DNA from: an uncultured archaeon
Lineage (GTDB): Archaea; Asgardarchaeota; Lokiarchaeia; Sigyniarchaeales; SOKP01
Reading direction: 5' to 3'
Assembly (NCBI GenBank): GCA_964583985.1
Contig: CAZOYD010000040.1
Location: 1-33,459 of the forward strand
DNA length: 33,459 bases
A program made the position numbers and the translations under genes. Numbering within the stretch: position 1 is the first letter of the stretch; every line of letters starts with the position of its first letter. Below the pieces are notes generated by a model. The model had not been told where the DNA came from. It saw only the letters and a program-made list of their open reading frames with translations, and did no database searches. Below are positions 26,709 to 33,459 of this stretch, piece after piece.

Positions 26709-27893
26709 ATGGCAAGTAAAAACGAAAGTTGGGATTTAAAAGCTACAAAACAACTGTATCAAGAATACCTAAATAGAAGTTTAAAAGGACAGAAAAGAAA
26801 AATTTTACCCGTAGAAACGGTTGAAATTGATGATTTAAACAAAACAGAAGCGCTTACAAGAATACGTGAATTTACAGAGTCTATTATCGAGAAAATTTAT
26901 CAAAATGGAAGACCTTCAATATTTCTTCCTTCAAGAACCACAGGAAATATAATATGGGATGAAGAAAATGATCTGCTTCTCTTAGGTAAGCAAATAATGG
27001 AAAAACAATTCCACTCTCTTGCTAGTGTAGCTGATATGACGCGTTTGATGAAAGTATTAGAAAAGGTTAATGAGTTATTGCTGAAAGATCTTCATGCTAC
27101 TAAAAGAGAAATTTTCTATTCAGCAGTTACACTTTTTGGAGATCAAAAAAATAGCGATAAATGCATTGAAGATGTGGCGAGCATGCTATATACAACAAGA
27201 AATTCAACACATATTGTTGCTTCCGCTAAAGGATCTTGTGTAGGAAGACTTCGTATAAGAGATAGAAATGACATTATTGATCTTGAAGGGTTAGGCGGTG
27301 GTGGATGGACAATATCTCCAATGCTTGATAATATTGAAATTATTGAATCTGATGCGGAATTCATATTGGTTATTGAAAAGGATGCCGCAATGATGCGTCT
27401 GGCAGAGGCAAGGTTTTGGAGGAAATATCCCTGTATTTTATTAACTGCACAAGGAGTAGGAAATGTTGCCGTAAGGATGTTTTTAAAGAGATTAAGTAAA
27501 GAATTAAATCTCCCCGTCTTCAGCTTAGTAGATAGTGATCCTTACGGTCATTATATTCATTCAGTCTATCTCAGAGGATCGAAGAGATTAAGCTATGAAA
27601 GCCCATTTTTAGCGACCCCTAAGATAAAACTTTTAGGTGTTTTAACTCGAGATCTGGATAAATACAAGATCCCAAACTCCGTTCGCATTCCCATGAACAA
27701 GCAAGACATTAAAAGAACTACAGATCTCCTCAACGAGGACTTCGTAAAAAAAAATAAGAATTGGGAAGAGGATCTCAAATTAGCACTGAAATTAAAAATT
27801 AAAGCTGAAATTCAAGCTTTTTCGTCGCATGGTTTCGAATTTCTAACAGATAGATATTTACCTGAAAAATTAACAACAGGAGATTGGATTTAA
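26709..27893 (+). CDS. top6A: DNA topoisomerase VI subunit A
   Basis: TKREIFY catalytic Tyr; VIEKDA and DSDPYG TOPRIM motifs; KAEIQA. Confidence 0.95.
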   Translation: MASKNESWDLKATKQLYQEYLNRSLKGQKRKILPVETVEIDDLNKTEALTRIREFTESIIEKIYQNGRPSIFLPSRTTGNIIWDEENDLLLLGKQIMEKQFHSLASVADMTRLMKVLEKVNELLLKDLHATKREIFYSAVTLFGDQKNSDKCIEDVASMLYTTRNSTHIVASAKGSCVGRLRIRDRNDIIDLEGLGGGGWTISPMLDNIEIIESDAEFILVIEKDAAMMRLAEARFWRKYPCILLTAQGVGNVAVRMFLKRLSKELNLPVFSLVDSDPYGHYIHSVYLRGSKRLSYESPFLATPKIKLLGVLTRDLDKYKIPNSVRIPMNKQDIKRTTDLLNEDFVKKNKNWEEDLKLALKLKIKAEIQAFSSHGFEFLTDRYLPEKLTTGDWI

Positions 27894-27910
27894 TTAGGAG
27901 ATGAGAGAAT

Positions 27911-28432
27911 ATGAGAATATTTCATAAAAAAGACGGAGGAATCGTACAACTAATTGATAAGGATGAAATTAAAGAATGGCCAGTTGAATTGCCTCTAATT
28001 TTCATTGAATATATAAGGAAAAATAAGTTACCTAACTATAATGATAAGAATGTTGAAAAAGAAATAGAACAATATCTTGACGATATTTTAACAGAAATTG
28101 CCATTCCAAGAATGATCTCTGTTTTAGATGGAGATGACGAAACAGAGATTAAAACAGTTCTTGAAAGAATAGATGATCTTGCAAAAAAAAAATTAGAATT
28201 AGTACAACCAATAAAATCTTATATTGAAAAATTAGATAAAAAATCAAGTAAAAAAGATATCAATAAGGTTTGTGGGTCAATTTTATCCACTTTTATTAAA
28301 GAAGAAAATAAAAAAAAACTCGCTGAAAAAAGGAAATTAATGAGACAAATAGAGCAAGAATTTCTTGAAGGTAAAATTAGTGATAAAGATTACTCAAAAG
28401 CGCGAAAAGAATATTTAATTATGAAAGAATAG
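27911..28432 (+). CDS. Hypothetical protein (173 aa) with a SHOCT-like C-terminus
   Basis: AGGAG SD; C-terminal FLEGKISDKDYSKARKEYL; lies in the top6A-pyrE run of genes. Confidence 0.7.
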   Translation: MRIFHKKDGGIVQLIDKDEIKEWPVELPLIFIEYIRKNKLPNYNDKNVEKEIEQYLDDILTEIAIPRMISVLDGDDETEIKTVLERIDDLAKKKLELVQPIKSYIEKLDKKSSKKDINKVCGSILSTFIKEENKKKLAEKRKLMRQIEQEFLEGKISDKDYSKARKEYLIMKE

Positions 28433-28442
28433 GTATGTTAAT

Positions 28443-29114
28443 TTGGAATGGGAAGATAAATCAAAATTTTTAGATTATATTATTGAAAATGGAGTAGTTG
28501 GTTTATTTAATGAACCAATTAAATTAAAGTCAGGGCGGCTATCGAATTGGTATGTAAATTGGAGAACGATTGCTCAAGATGTTTTTCTAATGGATCAACT
28601 AACTGATTTCGTAATATCTTTTGTGAAATTCCTGAATTTGACACCAGATTGTTTTTATGGGGTACCTGAAGGTGCTACTAAATTAGGGATAATCACTCAG
28701 TTGAAGTGGGCAAAAAGTCAACCGAATTATAATAAAGGAAACTATATCTTACCAATGGGGAGAGGAAAATTAAAAGAACATGGAGAACCTAAAGATCGAT
28801 TTTTTCTAGGAGAACCTAAAGGCAAAGTTATCATACTTGAAGATACTACAACAACAGCAGGATCATTAATAACCACAATAAAATCTTTGGAAAAATTAGA
28901 TATAGAAATAATTGCATCAATCGTTATGACAGAAAGGAATGAGATACGGGATGATGGTAAAAATGTAATAGAAATACTTTCAGAAGAGAATGTGAAGTTT
29001 TTTGCCATGAGTAATGCATTGGAAATCATACCTTTATTAAAACCAAATAAACTCCAATCCAATCAAATAAAGAATTATTTTAAGAAATATGGTACAAAAC
29101 AAATTGTCCTTTAA
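28443..29114 (+). CDS. pyrE: Orotate phosphoribosyltransferase
   Basis: LKSGRLSNWY, KEHG and IILEDTTTTAGS PRPP-binding motif. Confidence 0.85.
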   Translation: MEWEDKSKFLDYIIENGVVGLFNEPIKLKSGRLSNWYVNWRTIAQDVFLMDQLTDFVISFVKFLNLTPDCFYGVPEGATKLGIITQLKWAKSQPNYNKGNYILPMGRGKLKEHGEPKDRFFLGEPKGKVIILEDTTTTAGSLITTIKSLEKLDIEIIASIVMTERNEIRDDGKNVIEILSEENVKFFAMSNALEIIPLLKPNKLQSNQIKNYFKKYGTKQIVL

Positions 29115-29116
29115 AT

Positions 29117-29686
29117 TCATTCAAAAGTTAAAAAGAATTTTCTCCATTTTCTAATAATATTATATATCTTATTATATAATAACAGCTCTGATTTCGTTAA
29201 TTTTTTTTCATCATCTAAAGATAATTCGGTTTTTGCTAATTTTAACAATTTCAATAGCCTACTATCAATGATATTAATAGTATATGAATTATATCTATCA
29301 AGATCTATTTTTGGTTTTTTCTTATCTTCAACTTCTTTTTCCATTAATGAACGAAACTCTTTTGATTTAATCAAAAAATTATCTTTATCTTGTTGGATAA
29401 GTCTCTGACTATCACGTTCCCTAATAGCGAACCTTTGGATATCAACATTATCATATTTTTCATTTTCACTAACAACTAAAATCCCACTTTCAATAAATGG
29501 AATTGCTAAAAAATTTTTCATTCTATATTTTTTTCCTTTTTCAAAGGATCCAAAGGATTCTCCTAATAATGAAAAACCTTCATGATCTTTTATACATTCA
29601 GTAGAAATAGGCTCATTTTTAAATATAAAATCCAAACGTTTTAAAGCGTCATCTAAAGGTATTTCAATTGTTATCATTTTTTTCAC
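29117..29686 (-). CDS. gins23: GINS subunit, Gins23-type (beta B-domain first, then helical A-domain)
   Basis: SFGSFEKGKKYRMKNFLAIPFIESG B-domain; IIDSRLLKLLKLA...LTKSELLLY...WRK A-domain; mcm is nearby. Confidence 0.7.
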   Translation of the reverse strand: MKKMITIEIPLDDALKRLDFIFKNEPISTECIKDHEGFSLLGESFGSFEKGKKYRMKNFLAIPFIESGILVVSENEKYDNVDIQRFAIRERDSQRLIQQDKDNFLIKSKEFRSLMEKEVEDKKKPKIDLDRYNSYTINIIDSRLLKLLKLAKTELSLDDEKKLTKSELLLYNKIYNIIRKWRKFFLTFE

Positions 29687-29774
29687 GCCATATTTAATAA
29701 TGTAAAATTCTTTTATCTATTAAATTGTTTAGCAACCAGAAACAACAATATGTTAACTTTTTAACATTTTTAAA

Positions 29775-32700
29775 GTGATCCACATTTTGTTGGGAGAAAT
29801 AGCGATAATTGTAATATTTTTGGTATTCTTCTTTATAGGTTTTTTTATTATTTACAAGCAAGTAGCTTTAGTCAAAAAAGGAGAGTTTAAATTTATTGAT
29901 CGACTTCAATGTTTAATTTATGGCTTGCTATTTAGTATTGCAGTGATGGTTGTTGTTGGAATGGCATTTATCTTCGCTGATAATACACTTCATCCACTTA
30001 TATTAATCATTCCGTTTTCTATATGTCTTGTCTATATCTCCGTTTATCCTCTCATAGATTTTATCTTTATTGCTGTCAGTGAAGAAAAAGATGAAGGATT
30101 AACACCTTTTCATCGATTTATCAGTAAAAATATTATAAATAAATCAGATAATAAAAAAATTTCAGCTTTAATGGCATTAATCTTATATTTATTCTTAATT
30201 ATTCCACCAATTTTACTATCTTTAATGGGATTCCCTTTTCAGACGATGTGGATTTCTTGGATGTTGTTTTATCCTCTCTTGATACTAACATATTATGGAT
30301 CGAAAGGATATATTTCTGGAATTTCGAATCAGTATTATCATATTCCTGATATTAAAAGATCAATTTTCTTAAATTTTGAAGATAATAAAAGAGGGATGCG
30401 TCAATTTATGAAAGATCCCTTTCCATATATCATGGTAGGGTTAATGTTGTTTGTTTTTGTATGGGCATGGATTTCACTTTTCCAAACGATAGGATTCTAT
30501 TTTACTGGTTCTTTAGCAATTTCTACAATGTCTTCTTATTTTGTATATGTTACGTTTTTTTTTGGAATTGTCGGATATTTTACGCGATTTTGGGGTAGAA
30601 AAATTAAGTATCGCGGAATTGATATCTATTTTGCAGCATATTTAATGGCTGCAATAGGTGTAAATGTTCTAGTTAATTTTTTAATCGTTAATATCGATAT
30701 TTTAACATTTACTTTCAATTATTGGTCTTTTACAGCGGGAATAGTCCCCGTTTCTACTAGTTTTGCTTGGCCAGCTGTTATTGAAGAATCAATATTGATA
30801 GTAATAACATCCTATTTCTTTCTTATAAAAAAAAATGAATTCAAATTCAATATTAAATACTCAAAAATAACTGAATGTGGTCAAATTTTTGATCCAATAC
30901 CATTATTTAATTTTATTAAAAATCCAGACCAAAAACTTAGAAAACTTGCAGAAAATACCTTGCTATTAATGTTTGAGCGAATACCATTGAAGTCAAAAAA
31001 TAAATTGAATGAGTTGAAATTTAAAAATTCATTGATAGATGGAATTTGTGATCCAAATCCCTATTCTAGACAAATTTCAATTAAAATCTTAACACAATTA
31101 GAAAATGATGTTCCTGATATTGTATTACCCTGGATTATCGAAGCACTGGAATCTCCAAACTATGATAAAAGTATTTCTATTGCTCGTTCCTTGGTCAAAA
31201 ATGAGAATTCCCTAATTGAAAAATTGCCTGAAAAACTTCTTATCAATCTTATCAACGATCCTGAATGGAGATTAAGATTGATTGGAATGAAATTGTTGAG
31301 AAAAATAAAATTAAATGCCGATCAATTAATCTCAAAATTTAATTTAATGGAATTTATTGATGATCCCAACGTAAATATACAAGTAGAAGTCCTAAAGTTA
31401 TTATCTGAATCATCTTATCAAATTCCTCAGAATATCGTATTCGACAAATTATCTTATCACCAACAAGAAATTAGAGCTGCAGCCATTCAATGTTTAAACA
31501 ATATAGATATAAATAAAATTGATTTGAAATTAATAAAAACGATTATTCCATTTTTAAAGGATCCTAGGAAATCAGTAAGAGCTTCAATGTTCAATATTAT
31601 CTCCAAAATCGGTAACTTTAAGAAGCTATCAATTCCGATATCACATATTTCAGAAGGATTGACAGATTCAGCAGAGAACGTGAGATCCTCTGCTGTAAAC
31701 GCTTTAATTAAATACTATAATGAATACCCTAAAACTTTAGATTTAGACGCTATTATTGGCAAAATCAATGTTTCAGATATGGGGGTTGTATCAAGTATTA
31801 TAACACTATTGGGAAGATTATGGAGTTTTAATCCTGAAAAAATATTAACAACCTTATTAATATACATAAAACTTGGAGATATGGAAGTAAAGCAAAAAAT
31901 CTCTTCTATATTGACTCAAAAATCAGAGGTAAATCCTATTTTTATCGTAAGAGGTCTTATAGTCTTAGAAGATGATTCTGGATTCTTATCAAAAGGAATT
32001 ATATCTACCACTATTTCAAAAATTGCATCTAAATCTCCTGGTGAAGTACTACCCATTTTACACGAATATTTGAAATCAGAAGATCCAAATATAGTCTTGA
32101 ATGCGGCTGTTTCCTTAGAAACTTTAATAGAAAACAATAGTGAAAAATTGAATATGGTAGAAATTATTCAAATCTTAAAATCAAATTTGGATCCTAAAAT
32201 TAAAAAGGTAATAGCTCAAATTATCTCAGGGATTGCTAATAAAAATCCAATTATGCTTAAACCCATAATGAATGATTTGTTAATATCGATTGAAAGCTTA
32301 GATCCTACTTCAAAGATAATGCTTATGAAATCTTTTCTTGAGATTGTTAAAAACTTTCCTGAACTTATTCCAGTACGTTTTGCAATTTCATTTTTGAAAG
32401 ATAATGAATCATTTGTAAGAGAAGCAAGCACTAAAATTTTAGGATATATAGGTGATAAAGCACCGTTAGAATCTACGGATGCTCTTCTTAATTTTTCATT
32501 AAAAGATGATGAGTGGATCGTTCGAGATGCTGCTGTATTAAGTTTAGGAAGACTTATCGATGAATTTAAGGATAATGAGAAAATAATTGGAAAATTGATT
32601 ATTTTACTTGAGGACAAAAATAGTTGGGTCAAGAGATCAGTAATGAATTTGTTATCTTCAATTTCAAGTTTAGATCCAAATCTAATTCCCTTAAATTTTG

Positions 32701-33095
32701 TTGAAAAAAACCTAAAAAATGAGGATCCAAAGATTAGAGAGGGCTTAGCTAATTTATTGAAAATTCTCGGCCTTACCAAAATTGATACAGTATTTGATTC
32801 TATTTTATTATTATTAGGAGATGAATCTAAAGATGTGCGGAATAGTATGATTAATTCTATGGTGTATATTATCCAAGAAAAAGGATTAGCTGTTTTACTT
32901 TCAAAACTACTAAAAAATCTGAGTGATGAGGGAGCAATTACTTCACAACAATCTATTGCTATAATTTTAGGGCGAACCGCGAAATATGAAGAAGATAAAA
33001 TTAAAAAACGCATCATTGCCTTATTAAAAATTAGGTGTGAAGCATCACAAGATCCTATTATATGTGAAACCTTGAATAAATTAAAAGAAGCCTGA
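29775..33095 (+). CDS. Polytopic membrane protein with a C-terminal HEAT-repeat solenoid
   Basis: About 8-9 hydrophobic helices in aa 1-350, then many D-x-x-x-x-VR HEAT units (DPEWRLR, DPRKSVR, DSAENVR, DNESFVR, DDEWIVR, DKNSWVK, DESKDVR). Confidence 0.85.
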   Translation: MIHILLGEIAIIVIFLVFFFIGFFIIYKQVALVKKGEFKFIDRLQCLIYGLLFSIAVMVVVGMAFIFADNTLHPLILIIPFSICLVYISVYPLIDFIFIAVSEEKDEGLTPFHRFISKNIINKSDNKKISALMALILYLFLIIPPILLSLMGFPFQTMWISWMLFYPLLILTYYGSKGYISGISNQYYHIPDIKRSIFLNFEDNKRGMRQFMKDPFPYIMVGLMLFVFVWAWISLFQTIGFYFTGSLAISTMSSYFVYVTFFFGIVGYFTRFWGRKIKYRGIDIYFAAYLMAAIGVNVLVNFLIVNIDILTFTFNYWSFTAGIVPVSTSFAWPAVIEESILIVITSYFFLIKKNEFKFNIKYSKITECGQIFDPIPLFNFIKNPDQKLRKLAENTLLLMFERIPLKSKNKLNELKFKNSLIDGICDPNPYSRQISIKILTQLENDVPDIVLPWIIEALESPNYDKSISIARSLVKNENSLIEKLPEKLLINLINDPEWRLRLIGMKLLRKIKLNADQLISKFNLMEFIDDPNVNIQVEVLKLLSESSYQIPQNIVFDKLSYHQQEIRAAAIQCLNNIDINKIDLKLIKTIIPFLKDPRKSVRASMFNIISKIGNFKKLSIPISHISEGLTDSAENVRSSAVNALIKYYNEYPKTLDLDAIIGKINVSDMGVVSSIITLLGRLWSFNPEKILTTLLIYIKLGDMEVKQKISSILTQKSEVNPIFIVRGLIVLEDDSGFLSKGIISTTISKIASKSPGEVLPILHEYLKSEDPNIVLNAAVSLETLIENNSEKLNMVEIIQILKSNLDPKIKKVIAQIISGIANKNPIMLKPIMNDLLISIESLDPTSKIMLMKSFLEIVKNFPELIPVRFAISFLKDNESFVREASTKILGYIGDKAPLESTDALLNFSLKDDEWIVRDAAVLSLGRLIDEFKDNEKIIGKLIILLEDKNSWVKRSVMNLLSSISSLDPNLIPLNFVEKNLKNEDPKIREGLANLLKILGLTKIDTVFDSILLLLGDESKDVRNSMINSMVYIIQEKGLAVLLSKLLKNLSDEGAITSQQSIAIILGRTAKYEEDKIKKRIIALLKIRCEASQDPIICETLNKLKEA

Positions 33096-33248
33096 TTTTT
33101 TGAAATATTACTAAATTTCATCTCTCTCACTACTTTTTTCTGTAAAATATTATTTTTACCTTAATAAGCTTAAATCATTAATATGTCGGATTAAAATATC
33201 ATGAAATATAATTTTGGCATATTAATTAATTCTCGAAGGTGAATTAAG

Positions 33249-33459
33249 ATTACAACCCCCTCTTCAAAAACTACAATACCTATCCCTATTATCCAACGTA
33301 TTGAAGATTTTTATAGATACTTCGAAGAAAAACCCGGAGTATACAAGTATCAAGATATAATTAATGATCTTTTTTCTAAAGGTGGGAATACTCTCATCGT
33401 TGAGTATGAGGATTTATTAGCATTTGATTCTGAAATAGCAGAAATGTTAAGAAAAGATC
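33249..33459 (+). CDS. mcm: MCM replicative helicase, N-terminal fragment (runs off the window); probable ATT start
   Basis: Hand translation ITTPSSKTTIPIPIIQRIEDFYRYFEEKPGVYKYQDIINDLFSKGGNTLIVEYEDLLAFDSEIAEMLRKD fits the MCM N-terminal A-subdomain pattern; AGGTGA SD 6 nt upstream. Confidence 0.8.
   Translation, partial: MTTPSSKTTIPIPIIQRIEDFYRYFEEKPGVYKYQDIINDLFSKGGNTLIVEYEDLLAFDSEIAEMLRKD

Noticed and set aside
2763-32137. Other short overlapping or antisense ORFs in the track (e.g. 2763, 6765, 7223, 10292, 12168, 21806, 22340, 28742, 31916)
   Set aside because: They overlap well-supported genes and show no independent coding signal.
32216-33130. 304-aa antisense ORF
   Set aside because: A shadow frame of the HEAT-repeat gene, with no motifs of its own.

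Overview
AT-rich archaeal window whose gene content and protein style point to an Asgard archaeon (Lokiarchaeia-like; inferred, not searched). From ~5.9 kb onward it is mostly housekeeping: scpA-scpB, a GT2 glycosyltransferase, valS, a two-intron tRNA-Ala(CGC), a glycyl-radical enzyme, an orphan DpnIIB-like methyltransferase, a MoxR-VWA-SWIM operon, EndoQ, coaBC, top6B-top6A, pyrE, gins23, a membrane-anchored HEAT-repeat protein and the 5' end of mcm. The main novelty is at 251-5154. The ORF track misses a tandem array of four intact and one decayed micro-genes (38-41 aa). Each encodes a Sec-type signal peptide plus a 9-11 aa C-terminal peptide ending in P-x(1-2)-G-[Q/H]-G-G-P, and each intact copy has its own TATA box and U-tract. 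The last copy lies head-to-head with a 1181-aa soluble protein that looks like a degenerate zincin domain plus repeated Lrp/AsnC-like modules. The first copy lies head-to-head, at almost the same spacing, with a decayed 5' stub of a second copy of that large gene. This suggests a duplicated 'secreted peptide + cognate regulator' cassette, a candidate peptide signalling (quorum-sensing-like) system; the function is inferred. Second, scpA, top6B and mcm all appear to start at non-canonical ATC/ATT codons.
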